This document shows, piece after piece, positions 1-10,908 of a stretch of 25,705 bases of DNA (the stretch's first letter is position 1; each line of letters starts with the position of its first letter). The notes beneath the pieces were generated by a model. It had not been told where the DNA came from and ran no database searches. It saw nothing but the letters and a program-made list of their open reading frames with translations. The DNA comes from an uncultured cyanobacterium (lineage in GTDB: Bacteria; Cyanobacteriota; Cyanobacteriia; Cyanobacteriales; Microcystaceae), in the NCBI GenBank assembly GCA_963807635.1, contig CAWEDJ010000099.1, positions 1 through 25,705 of the forward strand, written 5' to 3'. The translations under genes and the position numbers were made by a program.

Positions 1-287
1 TACTTAAAACATCAGGTTGTTGCTCGCAATAACAAGGTCTTGTTGGAACTTATTGGTTATTTGGAGAAACATCACTCAGAAATCATCAACTACGAAGGTC
101 GGCGAAAAGTCGGTAAAAGTATTGGTAGTGGTCGCATTGAAAAAGGCGTAGATTTGGTCGTTGGTCATCGTCAGAAAAAAAGGGTGTAAGTTGGAGCATG
201 AATGGTAGCAAGGCTTTAAGCTTTCTCAAGGTAGCTGAACTTAATCATTGCTGGACTTCTCTTTGGTTTCCTGCTCAATCTTGTTAA
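1..287 (+). mobile_element. C-terminal fragment of an ISKra4/ISLre2-like (IS256-superfamily DDE) transposase, frameshifted at the A-run near 175-181
   Basis: Manual translation of frame 1 gives YLKHQVVARNNKVLLELIGYLEKHHSEIINYEGRRKVGKSIGSGRIEKGVDLVVGHRQKK. After a shift in the A7 run it continues KGVSWSMNGSKALSFLKVAELNHCWTSLWFPAQSC* (TAA 285-287). The IGSGxIE...R.K..G..WS..G pattern is typical of these transposases. The 5' part lies outside the window. Confidence 0.8.
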
Positions 288-304
288 TCATCAACTAATT
301 ATTT

Positions 305-326
305 ACAGGTGGAAAATTTATGACCC
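305..326. repeat. Putative right terminal inverted repeat of the IS (reverse complement begins GGGTCATAAATTTTCCACC)
   Basis: Lies shortly after the transposase stop and ends in ...TTATGACCC. The left end is outside the window, so pairing cannot be confirmed. Confidence 0.35.
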
Positions 327-465
327 TAACTCGGATAACGTTCAGATTACTCAATTTAACCTACAGTGAGGGCGATCTGCGTGGCCGTACTTTCAGCGAT
401 CGCATTTTGATGAGAGTTGAAACCGCGATCTCACTTGAGGTATTCCAGAAATGTGCAATGCCAAA

Positions 466-717
466 TTACAGATTATGGAAGTAATTGATAATGCCTTCCT
501 CAGCTTTGATGACAGGCAAAAATAACTGGTACTCCCATCCCTCTCCAGGGGAACGATCCTTTTTAGTAATGTAGTCTTGTCTTGGATCGCCTTTGCCTTC
601 CGCCCCTGCGTAACGTTCCACAGCGTGAAAAATAAATACTCTAGAGTAAGCATAACCGAGTAAGTACACGCACAACCCACCCAATAAGATAGGGAATAAT
701 TTGCTGTCCTTTTGCAT
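466..717 (-). CDS. Small hypothetical protein with an N-terminal hydrophobic segment (83 aa)
   Basis: ATG start 40 nt downstream of the antiporter stop on the same strand; single TM-like stretch LFPILLGGLCVYLLGYAY. Confidence 0.6.
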   Translation of the reverse strand: MQKDSKLFPILLGGLCVYLLGYAYSRVFIFHAVERYAGAEGKGDPRQDYITKKDRSPGEGWEYQLFLPVIKAEEGIINYFHNL

Positions 718-756
718 AATTATCTTTAATCATATTTCTCAGTTAATTCTAAAATG

Positions 757-2730
757 CTATTCTGGCTGAGTCAAAGATTCCTTCGCGATCGCCTGATTGG
801 AAAGAGCCGTATTAAAAGTTACCAAAGGAACCTCCTCCACATCGGGCAGGGTTGCAAGAGCCAGACGAGAAGTTTGTACACCCCCTGATAAACGCTTAAG
901 GAGATTCGGGCGGGGATCATGCAATAAATAGAAAATTTCGTCCTCTGCCAACCAATCCTCATCGCTTCTGACTATCTGTAAATTTCCCTGACGTTTTACC
1001 AATAGGGGCAACAACTCACCCGAACGCATTAAAGCTTGGATATGGGCCTGCTGTAGCGATAATCCTATCTCCCGAAAAATAGTTTTCCCCAGCTTGACTT
1101 GATCATCTTTTAAATATTGATTCCAAGTCTTGAACGCTGTTTGATCCATCGATACTTGAACAACCTTTGATTGAGCCTGAGTCACTTTCGGCTTAACAGG
1201 AACTTCTTCGTTTCCATTAGTCGGAAAAATAGCATAAACGCGGGGTAACTTAAACTCTTCCAAAGCCCGTTGAGCCAACACTAAATTCACCTCGCCGTTA
1301 CTGGTCAGGGCGATAAAAGTTCCCATCGAACTAATACCCGCTTCTTCTAGAGTCTTATGATCTAAACCACTACTTTGAAATACCGTTAAACCCTCTGCTT
1401 TGGCGGCTTGACAGGCTTCAGGATCGGTATCGATCAGAACAACGGATTCTCCCTGTAACTGGAAAAGTTTAGCAATAAGGCGACCAAGGGGCGTACAACC
1501 GATAATCACAGCCCCCGTTGCCGTTGAAGAAGTAATTCCCAACAATTGAGCTAAAAGACGAGCCGTTAATCCCTGGATAAAGACCGTCATCATAATAGTG
1601 AGAAAAACAAGAGCCTTGACTGCATCTCCCCCATTAATGCCCTGTTGTGTCAATAAAATCGCAAACAAAGAGGCAACCGAGGCCGAAACAATTCCCCTGG
1701 GAGAAATCCAAGCCACAAAAAGTTTTTGTCGCCAGTTCAAATCACTATTAATGGTGCAAATCAGCACACTAATGGGTCGGACAATAAACATTAAAGTGAG
1801 AACCGTCCAGACACTCCCCCAACCTAAAGCCACGATACTGTTTAGGGATAAATCACGGCCAATAGAATAAACAAAATTGAAACGCAAAGAATCGTTAATT
1901 TCCCTTTAAAACGCTTTAAAAGCCGTTCATCGGGTAAATCATAGGAGTTTAGGACAATACCTGTCGCTACGGTGGCCATTAATCCTGATTCACTGATCAG
2001 GGCTTGGGAACCACCAAAAACTCCCCAAACACCTGCTAAAACCACTAAGTTATTGAGATCTTCCGATAAAAAAGTTGCTTTTTTGAGAAAGAAACTGAGT
2101 AACCAACCGCCGCAAATACCTACCCCCAAACCAATGCCAATCCGTAGGGATAAGCCGATCGCAATTTCGGTGATATCGCCTTCTACACTGATATTGGTCT
2201 TAAAAATAGTTTCTAAGACGACGACCGACAGAATCGCGCCAACGGGATCAATCAGCACCCCTTCACCTTCTAAGAGGGCGGCAACGGAGCGGTCAACCTG
2301 TACCTGTTTAATCATCGGGCCAACAACGGTGGGGCCAGTGACCACTACCAGAGAACCGTAGAGGAAGGCGATCGCCCAAGGAAATTCGGCTAACCAATGG
2401 GCGGCCAATACCTGCTCCTGCGAGGGTAATCAGAGTTCCAATGGTAACAAGATTGCGTAAACTTCCTGAAACTTGGCTTAATTCCCGTAAACTCAGATTT
2501 AAACCGCCTTCAAATAGGATGATAGCCACTGCTAAGGCAACGATTACCTCTAATCCCATGCCCAAATCCTGGGGATGGAGAATATGCAATCCATTTGTCC
2601 CTAAAAGAATACCAAAGCACAATAAAAAAACAATACTGGGAACCTGAAGATAGGCCGCAACGACTTGGGCGCTGATCCCCGCCAGTACCGTGATGACAAT
2701 TTGAAGTGTTAGGTTGAGTGATCCTTCCAT
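757..2730 (-). CDS. CPA1/NhaP-type cation:proton antiporter with C-terminal TrkA-N (RCK) domain; split by two frameshifts (near 2405 and 1853)
   Basis: ORFs 2308-2730, 1842-2408 and 757-1887 join into one protein. Motifs: ILFEGGLNL, VTGPTVVGP, LEGEGVLIDPVGA, WISPRGIVSASVAS, then Rossmann-like AVIIGCTPLGRLIA...VLIDTD. Junctions restore as ...GIAAHW... and ...LLAADLSL.... Confidence 0.9.
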
Positions 2731-2832
2731 GCAACTGTCATGTTAGTGCGTTTTTTGAGAAATGGCGAGAAGATAGTCGGGATATCTGCATTCAATTTTG
2801 AACAAGAAGTCAGGAAACTACTGCGATCGCGT

Positions 2833-4437
2833 TCAGAAATATACTTTCGCATCTTCCAAATGTTTAATCAAAGTACTTTGGGGTAAGGGGCCTTCCAAAT
2901 GTTGCCAGGGTAGTATTTGATCCACTGACCAATTTTGAAAAACATAATAATCTAAATCAGGAAGCTGTCCTTTTAATTCCTTAAAGGCTCTTTTATAACT
3001 GCCTAAAGTGTCGCCATAATGTCGGGTTAATTCTAATAGGGGAGTCAAACGGCGATCGCCACGAGAAATGAGAGTTTGGATCACTGACCAATTATAACTT
3101 TCAGGTCGAAACTCAATCCCTTGAGAATGTAAATTTTTTTGGAAAAATTTTAATCGTTTTTCTGCTTGGGGATTAACACCAAACCACTGAAAAGGCGTAT
3201 GGGCTTTGGGAACAAAGGTACTGCAACCAAAAGTTAATCGTAAACCAGGAGCAGTTTTTTTAACTAGACGTAAAAGCTCAACGGTTTGAGAAATATCCGC
3301 TTCCGATTCTCCTGGAATTCCTGCCATGCCATAGAATTTAAGATTACTTAATCCCCCTGATTTTGCATTAATTGCCGCTTGTAAAATTTCTTCATTACTC
3401 AGTTTTTTATTAACAATTTTACGGATTTTTTCACTTCCACTTTCAATGGCGATCGTGATCGAACGAGTGTCTCTTGAAACCAAAGTTTTTGCTAATTTTT
3501 CTGTGACCGTATTTGTCCGAACTGAGGCAATACTGAGGCGAATATGTTGATATTGAGGTTGGGATAAATAATCTAAAAGGGTTTCAAATTCAGGGTGTTG
3601 GGTGACAGATGCCCCTAATAAACCGATGCGATCGCTAACTTTTAGACCTTTTTCAATGGCAGGAATTAAGGAAGTTTCCAGATCGGCAGTACGAAAGGGT
3701 AAGGTTAAATAACTGGCTAAACAAAACCGACACATTTCGGGACAACTTCTAACCACTTCCACCATGTAAATATTTTCCCAAGCGGCTTTTTCGGTGACAA
3801 CGGTAGAAGCAGATAAGACATTTCCCCGATAGGTTTGTTTTTTAACAGTTACGGGAATACCAGAATCAATGGGATTAATGGCCGCAATTTCTCCCGTTAA
3901 ATTGGTATAAGTAACTTCATACAAACTGGGAATATAAATGCCTGAAATATTCGCAAGATGGCGTAATTTCGTTTGTCGATCTGCATTTCTCACCAATTTA
4001 TAAGCATCCAAAAAATTATTAATTAAATCTTCTCCATCTCCCAATAAAATGACATCAAAAAATTCGGCAAAAGGTTCAGGATTTGCCGTTAAAACGGGGC
4101 CGCCCCCAAAAACTAAGGGGTGATTATTATCTCTTTTTTTGGCATGGCGAGGAATTTCTAATAATTCCAATAAATTTAAGATATTGACGTAATCTAATTC
4201 CCAGGAAAAGGAAAATCCTAATAGTTCAGGCGATCGCGGTAGGTCTTCGTGGGTGTCGGTAAAGAGGCGGCTAACGGCAATATCGGGACGAGTGGCGAGA
4301 TTTGCCCAGATAATTTGATAGCCCAGGCTAGTAATTCCCACACTATATTCATTCGGAAAAGCAAAAATGACGGGAATTGCATCATCTTCGGGGGTGACGG
4401 GCGTAAATAATAATTTTTCGCTATTGGCTTCTTTCAT
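2833..4437 (-). CDS. Radical SAM protein with a B12-binding-like N-terminal domain (534 aa)
   Basis: CxxxCxxC motif EVVRSCPEMCRFC; N-terminal FPNEYSVGITSLG and GGPVLTANPEP...DVILLGDGE; C-terminal FVPKAHTPFQW. Confidence 0.9.
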   Translation of the reverse strand: MKEANSEKLLFTPVTPEDDAIPVIFAFPNEYSVGITSLGYQIIWANLATRPDIAVSRLFTDTHEDLPRSPELLGFSFSWELDYVNILNLLELLEIPRHAKKRDNNHPLVFGGGPVLTANPEPFAEFFDVILLGDGEDLINNFLDAYKLVRNADRQTKLRHLANISGIYIPSLYEVTYTNLTGEIAAINPIDSGIPVTVKKQTYRGNVLSASTVVTEKAAWENIYMVEVVRSCPEMCRFCLASYLTLPFRTADLETSLIPAIEKGLKVSDRIGLLGASVTQHPEFETLLDYLSQPQYQHIRLSIASVRTNTVTEKLAKTLVSRDTRSITIAIESGSEKIRKIVNKKLSNEEILQAAINAKSGGLSNLKFYGMAGIPGESEADISQTVELLRLVKKTAPGLRLTFGCSTFVPKAHTPFQWFGVNPQAEKRLKFFQKNLHSQGIEFRPESYNWSVIQTLISRGDRRLTPLLELTRHYGDTLGSYKRAFKELKGQLPDLDYYVFQNWSVDQILPWQHLEGPLPQSTLIKHLEDAKVYF

Positions 4438-4550
4438 TGACTTATTTTAAAAATTCCTTCAAAACGACGAATATACAAACTTATTGGCTTTAATAAAACT
4501 CACTTAGCGATGTGTTACGGTAAGAATGGCAAACCTTTTGGGAATCAATA

Positions 4551-4769
4551 ATGACACCTTTAATAAATCGAACAATTTTTCCAATTCATCGTGATCTTTC
4601 ATTAAATCAAATACAAAATAATCTTCATAATTACTCTGAAGTTGAAGGTACTCTACGAAAATTATTTACAGAGACTAATCCGTCTAGTCAAAGTCTAAAT
4701 CCGCTAAACTCGGTTGTGGTATTCAAAGAAATTGTAGAGGATGCTCTAAAAAAAGAACTTACTTTATAA
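4551..4769 (+). CDS. Hypothetical protein (72 aa)
   Basis: ATG-started ORF filling the gap between the radical SAM gene and the hisD-like stop; no recognisable motif. Confidence 0.35.
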   Translation: MTPLINRTIFPIHRDLSLNQIQNNLHNYSEVEGTLRKLFTETNPSSQSLNPLNSVVVFKEIVEDALKKELTL

Positions 4770-6087
4770 TCCTTTAAAAATAGTTTCTCGTTCTTCAATG
4801 GCTAAAGCATGGGCAGGAAAATCTTCATAATGAGCTAAGGTTTTCACCGTTTTTTTGACCCCTTCAAATCCTTCTTGAGTTAAATAGGCCACCGTCGCTC
4901 GTTTGAGAAAATCAAAAACAGAAACGGCAGAAAAAGAACGGGCAAATCCCCCTGTCGGTAAGACGGCATTAACTCCGATCGCATAGGTTGCGGCAGAAGA
5001 GGGAGTGTAAACACCAAGTAAAATTTCCCCCGCATTTTTAATTTTTCCGACTAAACTCATCGGATCGGAAACGAGAAGTTCCAAATGTTCGGGAGCGTAA
5101 TCATTAATAAATTCAATGGATGCTTCTAAACTGTCGGTCAACAAAATCCCACCATAGGCCGCTAAACCCTGTTCACAGAAATCCTTGCGCCATTGGGGTA
5201 ATTGTTGGAGATAGTGGTCGATCCATTGCTGGGCTTCCTTAGCAACTTTTTCGCTGTGGGTGACGAGTAGGGCGGCAGAATCGGAACCGTGTTCGGCTTC
5301 GATTAGTAAGTCTAGGGCGGCTAATCGGGGATCAGTCGATTCATCCGCTAAAACAATGGATTCGCTAGGGCCTGCGGGTAATCCCACATCCACAATGCCC
5401 GATAAAATGCGTTTAGCCGCCGCTCCGTAAATGCTACAGGGCCAATTAATTTATCGACTTTCGGAATGGTTTCCGTTCCCAAGGCGATCGCGGCCAATGC
5501 CTGCACTCCCCCCAATTTGTAAACCTCTGTGACTCCTGCCATCTGAGCGGCTACCAGGGAAACGGGTTCAACTTTACCGTTTTTATCAGGCGGCGTACAA
5601 ACTACGACTTTTTCAACTCCCGCCACGCTTGCTGGAACAGCTAACATCAGCATCATAGAAGGAAACGCACCTTTGCCCCTCGGTACATATAAACCGACCT
5701 TGGAAATGGGTGTAATTTTTTCTCCTGCAAAGACCCTGGTTCAATCTCTGCTAGGTGCATTTCGGGGGGCATTTGCTTTTGATGGACGGACTGAATATTT
5801 TTAAAAGCGTGTTCTACTGCTGTTTTAATCTCTGGATCAATCATTTTCCAGGCTTCAGCAAATTCTGCTTCCGTTACCTTAATATTTTCAACCGTTGCCC
5901 CTGCATAATCAAATTTACGGGCATATTCAATCACTCCCCCGTCCCCATTTTCCTTGATCTTATTAATCACTTCCTGGGCGATCGCGAGGGCTTGATCAAT
6001 ATCTAACTCAGAGCGTCGTTTGAGTTTGCCCAGTTCGGCGGGGGTCAACTGAGAGAGTTTTAAAATACGGGTCAAAGTGCGGCTCAC
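4764..6087 (-). CDS. hisD: Histidinol dehydrogenase family protein (divergent HisD paralog); two frameshifts (near 5735 and 5440)
   Basis: Joined protein has [37 protein letters not shown]...[39 protein letters not shown] and VLPTGGFAR. Likely GTG start at 6087 with AGGA upstream; alternative TTG at 6093. Confidence 0.88.
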
Positions 6088-6112
6088 GTTCAAATTCCTA
6101 CATTCTTAGACT

Positions 6113-6156
6113 AAAAAAATAGGGGAACATTGTTTGCCTAAAAGCCCAGTTCCCCA
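6113..6156 (-). terminator. Putative intrinsic terminator after ybaB
   Basis: GGGGAAC (6122-6128) / GTTCCCC (6148-6154) stem followed on the minus strand by a T-run (A-run at 6113-6119). Confidence 0.5.
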
Positions 6157-6182
6157 TTGATCAGATATAAATCGACTGTCCC

Positions 6183-6527
6183 TTACAAACCAGGTAAATT
6201 CAAACCACTGGTCAATTCTTCCATCTTGGCGCGCATGGTTTCAGTGGATTGAGCATAGGCGGTCTTCATTGCTTCCGTGACTGATGCAGCAAGGGCATCC
6301 GCACCCTTTTCGTAGGCTTCAGGAGTAATAACAATGCCTAGTGGCTCTTGATTGCCTGACATGGTTACAGTAACGGAACCATCTTCACTGCTACCTTGGA
6401 TTTCCATTTTTTCCAAGTCTTCTTGGAGTTGTTTGGCTCCCTCTTGGACTTGCTGCGCTTTTTGGAACGCTTCTTGCAATTCTTTAATTTTGCCTAGACC
6501 AAATCCGAATCCTTTACCCTGTGTCAT
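6183..6527 (-). CDS. ybaB: YbaB/EbfC family nucleoid-associated protein (114 aa)
   Basis: [28 protein letters not shown]...[11 protein letters not shown]...[10 protein letters not shown] is the cyanobacterial YbaB pattern. The start is placed at ATG 6527 rather than 6695. Confidence 0.93.
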   Translation of the reverse strand: MTQGKGFGFGLGKIKELQEAFQKAQQVQEGAKQLQEDLEKMEIQGSSEDGSVTVTMSGNQEPLGIVITPEAYEKGADALAASVTEAMKTAYAQSTETMRAKMEELTSGLNLPGL

Positions 6528-6838
6528 AATTAGTTTTACTGAAACCGTGATTAATATATTAATACAGGACAATATCCTGTTTTTCGAGACAAATATCTGC
6601 ACAAACTGAGGCAGAATTTTTGAGTAATAGGGTTTCATCACCCATAACATCAGATTATTATAACCTATGGGGCTATTTCTCGTTGAACTTGCCACTGCGA
6701 TCGCGTCTTCATGACTCGTTGAGCAAAAAATAACAGTAAACTTATCCCAGAGTTAACGGTATTCCTGCTTTAAATGCCCCTATTCTTGAGACAATTAGAA
6801 ATTAACTTTAGTCAAATTCACTTATTTCCTATTTACCT

Positions 6839-7286
6839 ATGCCACGTTTTCGCTCTTTTATTTCCCTAATTTTGGTATTTGTGACGACCTTTCTTGTCAG
6901 TTGCAGTAGTCCCGAAGTGGCTGTACCAACTACCTATACGCCTGAAAAAATTGCCGAACTTCAAGTTTATATCCAACCCGTTGAAGAAGCCCGTGAAAAA
7001 CTAGACGTTTTAAGAGGTCTCATCTCCGATCAAAATTGGGTTGATACCCGTACCTGGATTCATGGCCCCCTGGGAAAATTGCGTCAAGAAATGTTAGGAC
7101 TATCTCGCTCTCTGTTACCGAAAGATCAGGATGAAGCTACCAGACTTGCCCGTGAAGTATTTGGCCGATCTTGAGCGTTTAGACGCATCCGCTAAAGAGC
7201 GCAGTTTGTCGGCGGCGGGTGTGCAGTATGCCGAAGCTTTGAAAGATTATGATGCTTTTTTAAAGTTAATTCCTAAAGCGAGTTAA
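6839..7286 (+). CDS. psbQ: Photosystem II extrinsic lipoprotein CyanoQ (PsbQ); one extra base near 7163
   Basis: Lipobox FLVSC, PTTYTPEKI, NWVDTRTWIHGPLG. After the shift it continues DLERLDASAKERSLSAAGVQYAEALKDYDAFLKLIPKAS* (TAA 7284-7286). Confidence 0.92.
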
Positions 7287-7318
7287 GTTTTTAATGAATT
7301 GATTTTTCAAAATTTGAG

Positions 7319-7366
7319 AGTCGGAAGAAATTTGGTCTAATTAAACCAGTCTTTTCCGACTTTTTT
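7319..7366 (+). terminator. Intrinsic terminator after psbQ
   Basis: AGTCGGAA (7319-7326) / TTCCGACT (7354-7361) stem with an inner TGGT/ACCA pairing, followed by a T-run. Confidence 0.65.
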
Positions 7367-7517
7367 GATGCCAAAAGTAGCAACGCGATCGCCTCTTTTG
7401 GAATTTGTGCTTGAATAAAGAAGAACTCCCAGCGACGGATGCTAGTTCAGAATCCATTTTTTTGTTCTGAAAAAACCAGTAAATAGTCAGTTCTGATTTT
7501 TTGATATTTTTTTTCCC

Positions 7518-9218
7518 ATGAATTATTCTTCCTCTGTTTCAGGTCGAACCCAACGTCAATGGCGTAAAGAAGAGCGTTGGCTGGAATGGCTATGTGTGGG
7601 CGGACTAGGGATATCAGCCTTATTTTTATTTTGTAGTGGTCTAAATCAAGGGCCGCTTTTGGATGGACAGGAAGCCACCCTCGCCCAGGTTGCCAAGGAA
7701 ATTATTCAAGCTCCTCTATTTCAACCTGATGTATTGCAAGATTTTTCGGACGCTTTAAGGGTCAACAATGCTATCCCAGCAGTAAAGGAAAACTTTGCAA
7801 TAAACGAACCTTGGCTCTTTCCGACACTCTGGGGTCAGCCCTATTTTGACCATTCCTTTTTAGTCCCTAGTTTGATGGCGATCGCCTACCAATGGGGCGG
7901 AATTCATGAATGGACAACCCGTTTACCGATCGCTTTATTGGCAGCGTTGAGCGTTCCTTTGTTTTATAAAGCCAGTAAAGAACTTTTTGTCACCCGTTTA
8001 ACGGCATTTGTGGCAGGATTTGTTTATCTTACGCTCCTTTTGGTGGTTTATTGGGGGCGTTTAGGGACAGTTAATGGAGTCATTTTATTTTTCACCGTTC
8101 TCTTCATGGACGGTATTTTGCGATCGCGTTGAAATTTACGAGCATCTTTAGAAGTGGGCTTGGCTCTCACGGGATTATTGTTAACTGAACCCTTGCTGGC
8201 AATCCTACTCAGCGTGACCGTAATCGTTTTTTGGGCTTGGGATACGCCTCGACTGTTGCAATCTCCCACCATTGCCTTCGGTGTGTTGTTGGGACTGGTT
8301 CCCGCGATCGCGTGGTATAGCTATCAATGGCAACACTACGGCTCTGTTTTTTGGCAAGAAATTTTATCTCCTCAAGAATTTACCTCCCAGGGACAATGGT
8401 TCAAATTAGTCTTATTCTATGGACTCAAGTTGAGTCTTTATTCTTTACCCTGGTTAATTTTTTCGATTTATGGCTGGCAAATTACTTGGAAGTCCCAGTA
8501 CTGGAGTTGGGCGAGATTTATTCTCAGTTGGGGCGGTGCTTATACCCTACTCCTCCTGATGATGCCAGGCTATTGGGAAGCCGCTTTAATTCCCATCTTT
8601 CCCCTCTTAGCTTTAACTTCAGCGATCGCCCTCATTCAACTCCGCAATTTTCCCCTCATCATTCCCTATCCCAAACCCTTGCGACTCGCTTTACTAGGAT
8701 TTGCTCTCATTAGTATCTTGATTACTGCTGCGATCGCCTTCAACTGGCCGATCAATTGGCTTTCTGCCCATCAACAACCCTTTGCCCTATTAGTCCTATT
8801 TTTCCTCTCTTTTACGCTGGTGATGGCCGCCAATCTGATGGATCGTCATCGCACCGAATTTATCTCGATTTTAATGTGGGGAATCTATGTTTCTCTTGTA
8901 TTGTTAGTCAATACTCCCTTTGAGTTGGCTGAATTTTCAGGAGAATATTCTGTTAAACCCGTCGCGAGCTTGATTCAAAGAGCCGTCCCTCCGAATCAGT
9001 TAGTTTATACCTCTTTTCCGAAGGAAAGATCGAGTTTAAATTTTTATAGTAATCATCCAGTCATTCCTGCCGAGAAAAAAGAGTTATTAAAATATTGGCA
9101 AAAAAATAAATCCCCCTATCTTTTAGTTGATGGAGAAACCCTAACAAGTCTAGAAAAATCCTCTATTAAACTGTTAGGAGAATCGGTTCCAGATTGGCAT
9201 TTAATAACAAAAAAATAG
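7518..9218 (+). pseudogene. ArnT/PMT-like (GT39/GT83) membrane glycosyltransferase interrupted by an in-frame TGA at 8130-8132
   Basis: ORFs 7518-8132 and 8154-9218 are in the same frame. Motifs: AQVAKEI, WLFPTLWGQPYF, GIHEWTTRLP, WDTPRLL, R.SLNFYS; many TM segments. Confidence 0.75.
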
Positions 9219-9259
9219 CCCTAGTTATATAGAGCTAAACGGTTAAACTCAGGAATTAT

Positions 9260-9634
9260 TTATTCTTCTTCCTGACCCTCTTCAGGGATTTCTAAACGAT
9301 TAATCAAATTGAGAATGCGATCGCCGCGTTCAATAGAAGAATCCTCTAAAAAAGCAATTTCAGGAGTGCGCCGTAAACTCACCCGTTGCCCCAGTTCCCG
9401 ACGGACAAAACCTGTCGAAGACTGTAATCCCTCCATCGTTTCGATTTTTGCCGCTTCCGTTCCATAAATACTGACAAAAATTTTAGCGTGTTGCAAATCC
9501 CCAGAGACTTGAACATCAGTAACGCTCACCATCCCCGCCCCAACACGGTCATCCTTAATGTCATACAGTAACATTTGGCTGACTTCACGTTTAATCAGTG
9601 AAGAAATGCGAGAAACCCGCCGACTAGTCGCCAT
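9260..9634 (-). CDS. rbfA: 30S ribosome-binding factor RbfA
   Basis: [49 protein letters not shown]...LRRTPE; start at ATG 9634. Confidence 0.97.
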   Translation of the reverse strand: MATSRRVSRISSLIKREVSQMLLYDIKDDRVGAGMVSVTDVQVSGDLQHAKIFVSIYGTEAAKIETMEGLQSSTGFVRRELGQRVSLRRTPEIAFLEDSSIERGDRILNLINRLEIPEEGQEEE

Positions 9635-9689
9635 TTTATTTTGCCCCCTACTGAGATCCACTACTGGGCTAGGTACGTAAATAACGGCC

Positions 9690-9893
9690 CTATACTGTCG
9701 TTAATCCTAGCATGGCTCGCAGGGTAAAAAAGAGAAAAAGAAATCCCCCCGATAAAATACCCACTAGGGCGATCGCGGTCACGGGATTTTGGAAAAAGGG
9801 TTTTAGCCAAGCAAAAAAGGCAAAAAAGATCCCTAAAATTAAGCTAATCATGTAACGGGGATAGCGACCCACGTTATCTAAAAAATCTCCCAT
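9690..9893 (-). CDS. ycf33: DUF751 / Ycf33 family small membrane protein
   Basis: [14 protein letters not shown]...FFTLRAMLG signature, two TM segments, directly upstream of rbfA as is usual in cyanobacteria. Confidence 0.82.
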   Translation of the reverse strand: MGDFLDNVGRYPRYMISLILGIFFAFFAWLKPFFQNPVTAIALVGILSGGFLFLFFTLRAMLGLTTV

Positions 9894-10019
9894 AGTCTTT
9901 TAACGCATCATTATTTAACAATATTATTAGTGGTAACATTAATTGAGTCATTCGACAAGGGTTTATTTTTTTAGAACTGAATGATTTTTATTTGTCTCAG
10001 CTTGAAATCAACTTTTTAA

Positions 10020-10796
10020 ATGGAAAATCAATACGTTTTTTTGATTCTCGGTGGATTAATTTCGGGGCTACTTGCAGGATTATTAGGCATTGGCGGGGGA
10101 ACAGTTTTAGTCCCTATTTTAGTAACTTTAAATTACACTCCTGTGCAAGCGGTCGCCACTAGTAGTTTAGCGATCGTTCTCACTTCAATTTCAGGCAGTA
10201 TCCAAAATTGGCGTATGGGTTATCTAGACTTTCAGCGCGTTCTACCCATAGGCATTCCAGCCCTAATTACTGCCCAATTTGGGGTCTATTTAGCCAGTCA
10301 ATTTCAACCTGATTTATTGCTAATGGCCTTTGGATTATTATTAATTGTAAATATTTTTCTGGTTAGATTACGCAAAAATTTAGAACAAAAAGAAGCGACT
10401 AAAAATACAGTTAAAATTAACCCTCTTTTATCTCGATTCGGAACAGGAGCATCGGCAGGTTTATTAGCAGGTTTATTTGGAGTGGGGGGCGGGGTGATTA
10501 TGGTTCCCCTACAAATGCTATTACTCGGTGAAAAAATCAAGGTGGCGATTCAAACCAGTTTAGGCGTAATCGTCATCACAGCGATCGCGGCCACACTGGG
10601 TCATGCCCTCAAGGGAAATGTTCTTTTTGGGGTGGGTTTGATATTGGGAATAGGGGGATTGATCGGGGCGCAAATTAGTACTCGTTATTTGCCCAAATTA
10701 CCAGAGCAAATAGTGAGTTTATCTTTTAATTTATTACTCGCAGTTTTATCGGTTTATAGTTTCTGGCAAGCTTGGCAAAAATATCAAAATTTCTAG
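10020..10796 (+). CDS. Sulfite exporter TauE/SafE family membrane protein
   Basis: Duplicated GLLGIGGG.VLVP / GLFGVGGG.IMVP motifs and AVATSS / AIQTSL; about 8 TM segments. Confidence 0.92.
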   Translation: MENQYVFLILGGLISGLLAGLLGIGGGTVLVPILVTLNYTPVQAVATSSLAIVLTSISGSIQNWRMGYLDFQRVLPIGIPALITAQFGVYLASQFQPDLLLMAFGLLLIVNIFLVRLRKNLEQKEATKNTVKINPLLSRFGTGASAGLLAGLFGVGGGVIMVPLQMLLLGEKIKVAIQTSLGVIVITAIAATLGHALKGNVLFGVGLILGIGGLIGAQISTRYLPKLPEQIVSLSFNLLLAVLSVYSFWQAWQKYQNF

Positions 10797-10908
10797 CTTG
10801 ACTACGGATTAAAATAGAATATTCTATGATTATGTCTTTTGCGATCGCACTTTTATTTTAAGGTGGAGTAACAACGTCTGGGCAAAGAAATTGAATTTTA
10901 ATCAAACA

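Noticed and set aside
320..680. ORFs 320-484 (+, 54 aa) and 393-680 (-)
   Set aside because: The first starts inside the putative IS end; the second overlaps the better-supported 466-717 gene. Neither has a recognisable motif.
1598..2734. Antisense or alternate-frame ORFs over the antiporter (1598-1870, 1972-2361, 2441-2647, 2510-2734)
   Set aside because: Shadow ORFs of a hydrophobic gene, with no motifs.
6528..6695. 56-aa N-terminal extension of YbaB in the ORF track
   Set aside because: Family similarity starts at MTQGKGFG (6527); the extension is AT-rich promoter-like DNA. The same applies to the extensions on rbfA, rpmB and bioU.
8130..8132. Selenocysteine or recoded UGA in the ArnT-like gene
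   Set aside because: The position is not Cys-like, no evident SECIS hairpin follows, and other genes in the window use TGA as a normal stop.
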